Notes: generated by a model from the sequence alone, not told the origin. A DNA stretch of 30,322 bases from a virus (IMGVR_UViG_3300046796_000198:1-30322); one strand, 5' to 3'; positions 1 to 7,801 are shown, numbered from the stretch's first letter. Program-made: numbers and translations.

Positions 1-240
1 CTCGACAAAATAATAGATGCCGCTCTCGGCCAGGAGGTGAGTGGGAGAGATGACCACAGATCACGAAATGAGGATGGGGCGTTCAGTCTTTATGAGGAAA
101 ACGAACGGCTGCTCGACCGAGCCCACAATGCAGAGCAGACGGTGCTAGGGCAATTCAAGGAGATCGAACGTCTGCGGGCGGCGCTCAAGAATGCCATTGA
201 AGCAATCGATGCCGGTAGCAGAAGTGCGAACCAGGAATAG
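1..240 (+). CDS. Hypothetical coiled-coil phage protein, probably 5'-truncated
   Basis: The frame of ORF 37..240 is open back to base 1. EIERLRAAL-type helical segment. Start codon uncertain. Confidence 0.5.
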   Translation, partial: LDKIIDAALGQEVSGRDDHRSRNEDGAFSLYEENERLLDRAHNAEQTVLGQFKEIERLRAALKNAIEAIDAGSRSANQE

Positions 241-250
241 GACATCGAGC

Positions 251-370
251 ATGAGTGAGGACGGGTTTCTTGGTGGAATACTCTGGGGCTTTGCGTTCGT
301 AGGCGCCATAACAGTGGTGGTCTCCATCATCATCGTGGCCCATGCCATAGTCCGATACATGGGGTACTGA
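251..370 (+). CDS. Small single-pass membrane protein (39 aa, MSEDGFLGGILWGFAFVGAITVVVSIIIVAHAIVRYMGY)
   Basis: Manually translated ATG251..TGA370, below the ORF-track cutoff. AGGA lies upstream and there is one long hydrophobic segment. Confidence 0.55.
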   Translation: MSEDGFLGGILWGFAFVGAITVVVSIIIVAHAIVRYMGY

Positions 371-378
371 CTTCCATA

Positions 379-496
379 GGCGCCCGTCCTTTCTTCGGGT
401 AGCCGGCGGCTCGGAGTACAGAAAGATCACCTCGGAGGGCGCCCAGGATGTCGCAACCCATCCTGACGATAGGCCGACAAGGTGATCGACGCCGGC
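379..496 (+). ncRNA. Candidate structured intergenic RNA with possible pseudoknots
   Basis: Perfect pairings: 379-385/437-443, 389-394/420-425, 444-450/459-465, 425-432/480-487, 402-408/490-496. Confidence 0.4.
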
Positions 497-516
497 AACA
501 ACCAAAGGGTCAGACA

Positions 517-681
517 ATGAATACAGTGGAAATGCTGAAGGTCCAGACCATAGTGGGTGAAATGCAGGATGAGATAGACAGACTCCAGGCTCGGATTAAG
601 TGTCTGGAAGATCTAATAGCGCGTGGTGACAAAATATTTGGTAACGGAAACAGCACCCCCCTTCTGGCGGAGAGAGAATGA
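517..681 (+). CDS. Hypothetical small coiled-coil protein (54 aa)
   Basis: In-frame ATG at 517 within ORF 448..681. Heptad-like EIDRLQARIKCLE. Stop overlaps the next start (ATGA). Confidence 0.6.
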   Translation: MNTVEMLKVQTIVGEMQDEIDRLQARIKCLEDLIARGDKIFGNGNSTPLLAERE

Positions 682-1679
682 CCCCGCGCGTAATTGACAA
701 CTTTCTCCCGGCCGACCTCTACGACAAGCTGCGCAAATACGTGCAGAGCCAGCCGATGAAGTATGGGTCGAAGTCGAACAGCCAGACTGACCCGCATGGC
801 CACTGGTCCTGGAAGCCCATTGGCCGCGACTCCCGCCACAACCTGGCGGATCTGACCTACCTCCTATCACCTCCATTGTTGGACGCCTGGAACCTGATCC
901 GCAACAAACACACAGGCCCCGCTCTCGTCCGCTGCTATGCCAACGGATACCAGTACGGGACCGATGGCTACTTCCATACCGATAGCGTCCGGGCCGACGA
1001 GCAGACCGTCATCATCTACATCTGCGATAAATGGGAACCCGATTGGGCCGGCGAAACGCATTGGTATTCGCAGGCTGGTCAGCAGAACTCGGCAATTCCT
1101 TGGCCCAACAGGGCACTAATCCTCCCCTCCAACCTCATGCACTGCGCCAGGGCGGTGTCCCGCAAATGTACATCCTTGCGCCTTACCCTGATGTACAAGG
1201 TCAGAAACAAACGATCCGACAACTTCGAGAAGCTGTCCGAATTCCTGGTAAAACGCGGAGCCCTCTCGCACAAACACAAGGACGGCTCCCTGCACGATCA
1301 CCTGGTGAGGGTGTATCAGTTGTTGGAGGACAAGAAATTACCGGAGTCCATCTGCTTTGGCGGCGGCCTGCACTCGATCTACGGCACCAACATCTACGAA
1401 GGCCAGATGTTCGACCCGTCCAACCCGCAGAGCAGGGCTACGGTGGCTGATACCTTCGGCAAGGAGGCTGAGGCACTGGCCTACAATTTCTCTATCCTGG
1501 ACCGGCCGAGAACATTGGAAACCCCCGGAGATGGCAATGCCGTCCATCTAAGGTTCAGTGGTGGGTTCAATACCTCGAACGAGATGCTTCGCGATCTGCA
1601 ACTGATCGAGGCGGCTAACCTGTTGGACCAGAAGTCCTTGGACAAGTGGCCCAATCTGAAGAAGGTCTGGGAACTATAA
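678..1679 (+). CDS. 2OG-Fe(II) oxygenase (prolyl-hydroxylase-like) fused to a C-terminal HD-like/DUF6817-like domain
   Basis: N-domain: YFHTD (HxD), WEPDWAGET, distal His in MHCARAVS and conserved Arg in LRLTL. C-domain: HKDGSLHDHL...GLHSIYGT. Confidence 0.85.
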   Translation: MTPRVIDNFLPADLYDKLRKYVQSQPMKYGSKSNSQTDPHGHWSWKPIGRDSRHNLADLTYLLSPPLLDAWNLIRNKHTGPALVRCYANGYQYGTDGYFHTDSVRADEQTVIIYICDKWEPDWAGETHWYSQAGQQNSAIPWPNRALILPSNLMHCARAVSRKCTSLRLTLMYKVRNKRSDNFEKLSEFLVKRGALSHKHKDGSLHDHLVRVYQLLEDKKLPESICFGGGLHSIYGTNIYEGQMFDPSNPQSRATVADTFGKEAEALAYNFSILDRPRTLETPGDGNAVHLRFSGGFNTSNEMLRDLQLIEAANLLDQKSLDKWPNLKKVWEL

Positions 1680-1680
1680 T

Positions 1681-1785
1681 TTGGCGCGGCATGGCCGGGC
1701 ACGGCAGGGCAAGGCATGGCACGGCATAGCGCGGCGCGGCGTGGCAGGGCGCGGCGAGACATGGTGAGGCACGGCAGGGCAAGGA
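1681..1785 (+). repeat. Phased pentamer array 1: 21 x (NN+GGY); candidate guide RNA
   Basis: TTGGC GCGGC ATGGC CGGGC ACGGC AGGGC AAGGC... 17 units end GGC, with one each of GGT, AGC, GAC and GGA. Phase unbroken. Confidence 0.95.
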
Positions 1786-1812
1786 ATTTTAATTAATGAG
1801 TAGGAAACAAAT

Positions 1813-1897
1813 CGGGCCGGGCAAGGCAAGGCTGGGCAAGTCGCGGCCCGGATCGGCCGGGCAGGGCTTGGCTCGGCGAGGCAAGGCAAGGCGCGGC
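1813..1897 (+). repeat. Phased pentamer array 2: 17 x (NN+GGY); candidate guide RNA
   Basis: CGGGC CGGGC AAGGC AAGGC TGGGC AAGTC GCGGC... 15 of 17 end GGC. Separated from array 1 by a 27-nt AT-rich linker. Confidence 0.95.
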
Positions 1898-1922
1898 AAT
1901 CAACCAAACGCAGGAGGGAAAT

Positions 1923-2534
1923 ATGTTGGACAAGACAACGGCAGTGAAGATCAACAGACCAACCGACACTGTGACCAGAAAAGTGGAACTGACGGGGCTG
2001 ACGGAACTGATGTTCGACCGCTATCCGGGCGACAACGCCACCAAGCTGGAGCCGCATCAAAAGCTGTACTTCGCTCCGGGAGATACCAAAGTTATTGGCT
2101 TGCCAAGTCTCAATATCATGTCGTTCTTGTCGGCCCACAACACCAATTCAGCGCCGAAACGCCTGCGCGACAAGCGCAAGTTCAAGGACATAGCCAACGC
2201 GATGTTGTCATTCGTATCGATCCGTGAGACGTTCATCCCACTCATCCGCGACGGCAAGCCAATCGTGTTTGGGAAACTCGATCACGACCGCGATCCCGTC
2301 AGCGGAATTTACATCCACTACTCGGTGGCGCGGCTCGACAAGGGCATCCCTAATCCCAAGGTGCGCCCGGTGCTGCCCCTTGATTGGGGCATCAAGTTCA
2401 CGGTGGACATCTTCCCAAACAGGGAGATTAAGGAGCAGGACGTTATGAACCTGGTCGAGGAGGGGGGTCGTGCTATTGGCTTGGGGACTTTCCGAGGCGT
2501 GTTCGGGAAGTTCCGCATTGAGCGTTGGGACTAG
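1923..2534 (+). CDS. Stand-alone Cas7/RAMP-like RNA-binding protein (203 aa), putative effector of the NN-GGY arrays
   Basis: RAMP-like layout: N-terminal strand KVELTGLTELMF, IGLPSLNI (resembles the ipgssl motif), strand WGIKFTVDI and C-terminal G-rich loop GRAIGLGTFRGVFGKFRI. RBS AGGAGG at 1912-1917. Confidence 0.75.
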   Translation: MLDKTTAVKINRPTDTVTRKVELTGLTELMFDRYPGDNATKLEPHQKLYFAPGDTKVIGLPSLNIMSFLSAHNTNSAPKRLRDKRKFKDIANAMLSFVSIRETFIPLIRDGKPIVFGKLDHDRDPVSGIYIHYSVARLDKGIPNPKVRPVLPLDWGIKFTVDIFPNREIKEQDVMNLVEEGGRAIGLGTFRGVFGKFRIERWD

Positions 2535-2646
2535 GCGCGGCCGGGCGAGACGGGGCCGGGCGCGGCGTGGCGAGGTCCGGCGAGGTAGGGCACGGCGTGG
2601 CTGAGCATGGCCGGACTCGGCACGGCAGGGCAAGGCGAGGCTAGAC
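2532..2646 (+). repeat. Phased pentamer array 3: 23 x (NN+GGY); candidate guide RNA
   Basis: TAGGC GCGGC CGGGC GAGAC GGGGC... 17 GGC, 2 GGT, 3 GAC, 1 AGC. The first unit overlaps the TAG stop of the RAMP-like gene. Confidence 0.95.
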
Positions 2647-2678
2647 AAAACCAAGAGGGTGGCCTATGAGGTGTCGCC

Positions 2679-3821
2679 ATGGATCAGCAGCAGATCATGG
2701 TGGCGATGACGCTCGGGGCGGTGATCATCGTCTTCGGCGGGATGCTATTCCTGGCGCTCCGCTTCCTCAACTTCGTGCAGACAATCATCTTGGAACTGGT
2801 CAGGCCCGGTTCCACGACCCCGGTGCCGGTGGTACAGCCCTCCCCCCCAGCCCCACCGCCGGCACCGGCCCCCACACCAGCCCCCGTACCCCCGCCGCCC
2901 GCCGCAACCCCGGGTTTGCCGCTCTGGTACACGCTTGGGCTCAAGGACGTTGGCTTCCACGAAACCGGGGTTAACCGTGGCATAGAAACCTTCATCTCCC
3001 AGGCCCATGTTGGGAGCCTTGGTGACCCCTGGTGCGCCATCTGGGCCAACGCCAAGCTTGAGCAGGCCGGGGTAACCGGCACCCGCAGCGCCTCCTCCCA
3101 GTCGTTCACCATCAACCCCAACTTCATATCCATCACCAAGCCAACGGTTGGCTGCATCGTTGTCTTCTGGCGCGACAGCAAATCATCCGGCATCGGCCAT
3201 GTAGGGTTCTATGTCAGCGAGACTACTACCAGCATCAACACGCTCGGCGGCAACGAGTCCGATGGTGTGCGGATCGAGGCATTGCCAAAGAACGGCTCCA
3301 ACTTCGGCCTAGTCGGCTACTACTGGCCCAAGTCCGTCCCGCTGCCGTCCAGTGGGCCGGTCTCCGCCCCCGCCGATTCTAACTCCCAGGTGGTCAACCC
3401 GCCCCCGCCCAATCCCCTGGCCATCTCCACCATGACCGGCAAGATGTCCACGTTCGGCGGCCCCACCGATAAGGGCGTTGCCCCGGATGAAGGGCTCGCC
3501 CTCTGTGAGGTGTCAGAGATGGACAAGTTCGATGGGTATTTCCTCCCTGAACAGCCGCCCGGAACCACCGGCTTGGCCCGCAGATTGGACCCGGCATCCC
3601 ATTACATCGCGTGCCGCTGGGACTATAAGCAGACCTCCCGTTCATACCTCCAGGGCATCATGGTGATGGTCACGGCCAAGGGCAAAACCCTGAAGGCCCG
3701 TCCCATCGATTGGGGTCCCAATACCAATACGGGCCGCATCTGTGATATGAGCCCCGGACTTGCCGCCGCGCTGGGCCTCCAGACCGACAACACCTGCACC
3801 GTAGACCTACCGGTCCCATGA
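2679..3821 (+). CDS. Membrane-anchored endolysin: TM helix, Pro linker, TIGR02594/CHAP-like peptidase and RlpA-like DPBB domain
   Basis: PWCAIWAN (catalytic Cys), GCIVVFWR, GHVGFY (His) and LGGNESDGV. C-terminal DWGP...GRICDMSP..AAALG resembles RlpA DRGP...GRIIDLS. RBS GAGGTG. Confidence 0.8.
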   Translation: MDQQQIMVAMTLGAVIIVFGGMLFLALRFLNFVQTIILELVRPGSTTPVPVVQPSPPAPPPAPAPTPAPVPPPPAATPGLPLWYTLGLKDVGFHETGVNRGIETFISQAHVGSLGDPWCAIWANAKLEQAGVTGTRSASSQSFTINPNFISITKPTVGCIVVFWRDSKSSGIGHVGFYVSETTTSINTLGGNESDGVRIEALPKNGSNFGLVGYYWPKSVPLPSSGPVSAPADSNSQVVNPPPPNPLAISTMTGKMSTFGGPTDKGVAPDEGLALCEVSEMDKFDGYFLPEQPPGTTGLARRLDPASHYIACRWDYKQTSRSYLQGIMVMVTAKGKTLKARPIDWGPNTNTGRICDMSPGLAAALGLQTDNTCTVDLPVP

Positions 3822-3840
3822 ATGACGAGAGGAAAAACAC

Positions 3841-4149
3841 ATGACCAATACTGACACCGGCGCCACTCCGACAGTTGGCGATCTGTACACCATAGCGGAA
3901 AACACTCTTCAAGGGGTCGAAGACCATCAGGGTTTGATAGAAACGATTGGCGGTCTGGCGGGTATTCTCCCCGCCGTGTCGCTGATCATGAAGGCGGTAC
4001 CATTTCTTATCGGCGCTCTCCGGTTCATGAAGGGAGAAACCGGCAAGTCATGGCTGGACGTGTTCAAGGACTTCCTCAACCACAACACCCCTGGCCAGCC
4101 CAATTCCCAGGTACTCAGCCCCACCCCTGTACTCCCAGAGGGCTCATGA
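3841..4149 (+). CDS. Hypothetical lysis-region protein with a hydrophobic segment
   Basis: 102 aa. GAGAGGA RBS. Hydrophobic IGGLAGILPAVSLIMKAVPFLIGAL. Confidence 0.65.
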   Translation: MTNTDTGATPTVGDLYTIAENTLQGVEDHQGLIETIGGLAGILPAVSLIMKAVPFLIGALRFMKGETGKSWLDVFKDFLNHNTPGQPNSQVLSPTPVLPEGS

Positions 4150-4433
4150 TTGGGCCATGGGAATGGGAGTTTTTTCTACGCATTGATGATAAACTCGATG
4201 CGATCACGGCAACGATGGAGAAGATGATGTCGGCCCTTACCGATCTTAAAGCCGCCCTTGACGACCTCGCCAACCAACTGGTGGTCAACAACGCCGAGAT
4301 TGAAACACTACTGACGAAGATCACCACCCCCGGCACCTCCGACGCCGATGTCGAGGCGGCAGTGACCCAAATCCGCTCCTTGATTGCGGACAACGCCACC
4401 GAGGTCGCCAAGGCCCAAACCACGGCCCCCTGA
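4146..4433 (+). CDS. Hypothetical coiled-coil protein (95 aa)
   Basis: ATG at 4146 overlaps the upstream stop (ATGA). Amphipathic helical composition. Confidence 0.65.
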   Translation: MIGPWEWEFFLRIDDKLDAITATMEKMMSALTDLKAALDDLANQLVVNNAEIETLLTKITTPGTSDADVEAAVTQIRSLIADNATEVAKAQTTAP

Positions 4434-4474
4434 TAGGCGATGACATACCCGAGTCTTAGCCCTATGATGGGGGT

Positions 4475-4894
4475 ATGCCGGCACCACTCATATCACTCCT
4501 ATCATGGGGGAATATCGTGGCCACGCTTGGGCTTATCGGCACAATCATGGCCGGGGAGTATTTTATCCTGGTTTCGGATATAGCGTCGTTGTCCAGAAAT
4601 GCCGACACCAGATTTACTCTTACGGAGAATGTAATAAATCAGTTGAGAGCGGACACAAACAAAAACGACCAACTCCTTCGCAAGGAAATCGACTACATCA
4701 AGGAGACTCGGCTGACCAAGGCCGCGCACGATGAGTTTGTAAAGCGAGTCGATCAGTACATGGCGACGCCATTCCTACGGGACGATGCGTTCAAAGCATG
4801 GGAAACCGAGCGCAACAAGCTGATCGATCAGTTGATCGCGCGCATCAATGCCATCGAGAACGAGGAAAAGCATGAGTCACACCCGGCCAAATAG
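4475..4894 (+). CDS. N-terminal TM + coiled-coil protein (i-spanin-like topology, unproven)
   Basis: Hydrophobic residues ~5-33 followed by a charged helical body. Lies in the lysis cluster. No o-spanin lipobox seen. Confidence 0.55.
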   Translation: MPAPLISLLSWGNIVATLGLIGTIMAGEYFILVSDIASLSRNADTRFTLTENVINQLRADTNKNDQLLRKEIDYIKETRLTKAAHDEFVKRVDQYMATPFLRDDAFKAWETERNKLIDQLIARINAIENEEKHESHPAK

Positions 4895-4903
4895 GAGGTC
4901 ATA

Positions 4904-5125
4904 ATGCTGCCGCTTCTCATTCAGATCATCATAGCCCTGCTGATAGCCGGGTTTATCTTCTGGGCCGCTCGTCTGGTGATTGGTCTCATCCCAATGGAAC
5001 CGATCTTCGCCCAGGCCATCAACGTCATACTTATCATCGTGGTGGTGGCAATCGTCATCTTCTACATCGTGATCCCGCTCTTGAACATGCTGGCTGGTGT
5101 TCACATCAATTTAGGTGTCCGATGA
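4904..5125 (+). CDS. Small 2-TM membrane protein, putative holin
   Basis: 73 aa with two hydrophobic helices around IPMEP. RBS AGGAGG. Near the endolysin. Confidence 0.6.
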   Translation: MLPLLIQIIIALLIAGFIFWAARLVIGLIPMEPIFAQAINVILIIVVVAIVIFYIVIPLLNMLAGVHINLGVR

Positions 5126-5406
5126 TGAGCAGGAAAGGCCCCATCAAGGTCGCCATCATCGATGACGAGGAAACTGTCCACCATGCCGAGTTGGACGACA
5201 AGATCATCGAAATGCCCGGGAAGGAAATTCTCGACGCCGGGGTGAGGACGTTCATGGAATATGCCGGACTCCATTGGCCCACTCACTCGACACCGGACGA
5301 GAAGTTCAAGATGGAGAGTTTCAACTACAAGAACGATTATCATTTGCGCGTCACACTCGGGATGGTGTTCAACGCCATGAAGGCGGCCGATGAACGCGGT
5401 CTCTAA
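5122..5406 (+). CDS. Hypothetical protein immediately upstream of terL
   Basis: 94 aa, overlapping both neighbours. No TerS motif recognised. Confidence 0.6.
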   Translation: MMSRKGPIKVAIIDDEETVHHAELDDKIIEMPGKEILDAGVRTFMEYAGLHWPTHSTPDEKFKMESFNYKNDYHLRVTLGMVFNAMKAADERGL

Positions 5407-7222
5407 ATTTGCGGTAGCTCCGTTCCCTCGGGTGCGCTTCGAGACATTTCTGTCCAAGCTCAAGATACAAACCAAGGACTTCGGCCTCATCCCCATGACC
5501 ATGCTGGGGACCCAGCGTTACGTGCTGGACGAGATGTGCGACGCCATAGATAAGGGCATCACCACGTTCTACATCCTCAAGGCCCGCCAACTCGGCATGA
5601 CCACGTTCTTCATCGCCCTCGACCTGTTCTGGGCCATGAACCACAACGGGCTCCTCGGCGCCTTCGTCACCCACGAGGACCGCTCCAAGGCCGTGTTCCG
5701 CAACACCTTCAAGGTGTTTTTTGCGGGGCTACCGAAGTCCCACAAAATACGATGGGACGTGGAAAACCGCGACATGCTCGTGCTCAAGAACGGCTCCGTC
5801 ATCCAGTACCTGGTGGCCGGCATCAAGGAGAAGTCCAAGGGCGGGCTGGGTCGATCATCGGCCAACAACTACATCCATGCCACCGAGGTGGCGTTCTGGG
5901 GGTCGCCCGACGACCTCAACGAACTGTCCGCCACCATGTCCACCTACTACCCCCATCGCCTGAAGGTAGAGGAGACCACAGCCAATGGCTTTAACTTCTG
6001 GCAAGAGAGGTATACGGAGGCGCGCGAGGACCCAACGATACGATGTATATTTGTCGGCTGGTGGCGCCATGATCACTATACCTTCCCGGACGATCACCCG
6101 TGGTTTTCTATCTACATGCCTCAAGGACACGAGACTCCTTTACACGTACTGGAGCGCAGACGGAGAAGACTCGTCAAGGAAAAGTACGGCGTAGAAGTCA
6201 CCATGAACCAAATCGCCTGGTACCGCTGGAAACTTGAGAGTCCAAGCGAGTGCGCGGGCGATCAGTCTAAGATGGACGAGATGTATCCGTGGCTGGAGGA
6301 CGACGCATTCGTCGCCACCGGGTCCATCTTCTTCACCAACACCAGCCTGACCGAGGCGATGAAGCGCGCTCGCCAGCAGCCTTTCATGCCGTTCAAATAC
6401 GCCATGTCGGAACGCTGGCAGGACACCATAGTCAACGCCACGAGGGACCGCCGTGCAGAACTCAAGATATGGGAAGAGCCCAGTCCCAAAGGCCACTACG
6501 TTATTGGCTGTGATCCAGCATATGGAAGTAGCGACGAAGCTGATCGAGCAGTTATCCACGTCGCAAGATGTTTCAGCGACCGAATGGTGCAAGTTGCGGA
6601 GTTTGTGTCACCGAATGTCTCGACGTATCAATGCGCTTGGGCACTCTGTCATCTAGCCGGCTACTACCGCAACGTGATGCCGATTATCGAGATAAACGGC
6701 CCAGGAGAGGCGGTGATGAACGAGGCTAACGCCCTTCGCACCCAGACCAACAATATGATAAACCATGCGAGCGATGGCCGCGACCCCAATGATATACGCT
6801 ATGTCCTCAACAACATGAGGTCGTTTCTCTATCGACGCTCAGACTCCATGGGCGGCGGCCTCGCCTACCATTGGCGCACCAATGGTAACAACAAGCCGCC
6901 CATGATGCACGCCTTCAAGGACGCATTCGAACTCCATAGGTTTATCATAAACTCCATGTACCTCCTGGAGGAAATGAAGACCATCGTCATCAAGGACGGT
7001 AACATTCAGGCCGAGGGCAGCAACAAGGATGATAGGGTCATGGCGGCGGCTCTGGCCCATGAGGCGTGGCGACGCTGGGTGCAGCCCAAGCTGCGCAACA
7101 TGGGGCTCACATTCGAGCGCGCCTACATGGAGACGATAGGCGCCGGCCCCGACGCGGCGCAGAGGATAGGGATCGACTACCTCCGCAGCCAGAAGATAAT
7201 GATCGATGAGAGGAGAAACTAA
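5390..7222 (+). CDS. terL: Terminase large subunit
   Basis: Walker A LKARQLGMTT, Walker B-like IHATEVAFW, coupling motif ETTANG, and RNase H-like nuclease motifs IGCDPAYG and KDDRVMA. Confidence 0.93.
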   Translation: MNAVSKFAVAPFPRVRFETFLSKLKIQTKDFGLIPMTMLGTQRYVLDEMCDAIDKGITTFYILKARQLGMTTFFIALDLFWAMNHNGLLGAFVTHEDRSKAVFRNTFKVFFAGLPKSHKIRWDVENRDMLVLKNGSVIQYLVAGIKEKSKGGLGRSSANNYIHATEVAFWGSPDDLNELSATMSTYYPHRLKVEETTANGFNFWQERYTEAREDPTIRCIFVGWWRHDHYTFPDDHPWFSIYMPQGHETPLHVLERRRRRLVKEKYGVEVTMNQIAWYRWKLESPSECAGDQSKMDEMYPWLEDDAFVATGSIFFTNTSLTEAMKRARQQPFMPFKYAMSERWQDTIVNATRDRRAELKIWEEPSPKGHYVIGCDPAYGSSDEADRAVIHVARCFSDRMVQVAEFVSPNVSTYQCAWALCHLAGYYRNVMPIIEINGPGEAVMNEANALRTQTNNMINHASDGRDPNDIRYVLNNMRSFLYRRSDSMGGGLAYHWRTNGNNKPPMMHAFKDAFELHRFIINSMYLLEEMKTIVIKDGNIQAEGSNKDDRVMAAALAHEAWRRWVQPKLRNMGLTFERAYMETIGAGPDAAQRIGIDYLRSQKIMIDERRN

Positions 7223-7425
7223 TGGTCAGCGCCATAGGACCATATACCGATCAGGAGAAGCGGATTGGCAAACTAATCTTTGATACAATGATGGACCAGC
7301 AGGACAATCATCTGAAAAAGGATGGATGGGACAGTCAGCTTGGTAAGGGGTGGCATGGTTATTATTGTATTGCCGCCCGCGCCGTGATCGAGGCTATGAA
7401 TAACGAAAGGAAAACTGATGCCTGA
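7222..7425 (+). CDS. Hypothetical protein (67 aa)
   Basis: TAATG coupling to terL. GAGGAG RBS. Confidence 0.6.
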   Translation: MVSAIGPYTDQEKRIGKLIFDTMMDQQDNHLKKDGWDSQLGKGWHGYYCIAARAVIEAMNNERKTDA

Positions 7426-7801
7426 GGACAAGCTGGCCTTTCTCGACAAGGCCGTTAAGGCGCTGCACGAGCGCAAGAAGCAATACCAAGAGGCGATGGA
7501 TGGGAAGCCCCAGGAGCCGGCACCGGCCCCGGTTAAATCACCGGAAGAGGAATATGCCGCATACTTTGCCAAGTGGTTCCAGCAACTGGCTCCGTTCCGC
7601 ACCAACTGCTTCCGGTGCGGTGTGGACTCCCCCATCGTCCACAACCGCGTAGGAACCCTTGCCTGGGGGGACACCAAGCAAATCCGCCGGGGAGACACCG
7701 ACATAACCAACGATGTCATCACGGCGTTTGAGAGGATTGGTTGGAAGTTTCAGAAGCGGCGGTCCTACTGCCCGACATGCAAGAAACTAGGGAGCATATG
7801 A
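7418..7801 (+). CDS. Hypothetical protein with two CxxC motifs (putative Zn-binding)
   Basis: CFRC and CPTC. AAGGA RBS. Confidence 0.65.
   Translation: MPEDKLAFLDKAVKALHERKKQYQEAMDGKPQEPAPAPVKSPEEEYAAYFAKWFQQLAPFRTNCFRCGVDSPIVHNRVGTLAWGDTKQIRRGDTDITNDVITAFERIGWKFQKRRSYCPTCKKLGSI

Noticed and set aside
379-496. Hammerhead (CTGACGA at 463-469), HDV-like or twister ribozyme assignment
   Set aside because: No correctly placed GAAA/NUH for a hammerhead, no room for HDV P3/L3, and twister core residues were not found. Kept only as an unassigned structured RNA.
1681-2646. Arrays as a canonical CRISPR array or a simple microsatellite
   Set aside because: There are no 25-45-nt repeats with spacers. 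Variation is confined to two fixed positions with no indels, unlike slippage. Two-tier G-quadruplex formation is possible but would not explain the strict phase.
1481-2654. Arg/Pro/Ala-rich ORFs across the arrays (1481..1762 -, 1674..2138 -, 1796..2227 +, 2208..2654 -)
   Set aside because: By-products of stop-poor GGC/GCC pentamer repeats. They overlap better-supported genes, and a 5-nt period does not fit coding repeats.
4444-4477. CATACCC/GGGTATG stem covering the start codon of gene 4475
   Set aside because: 7 bp with a 20-nt loop is weak and plausible by chance.
5122-5406. Calling this gene terS
   Set aside because: Position is the only support; no HTH or oligomerisation motif was recognised.
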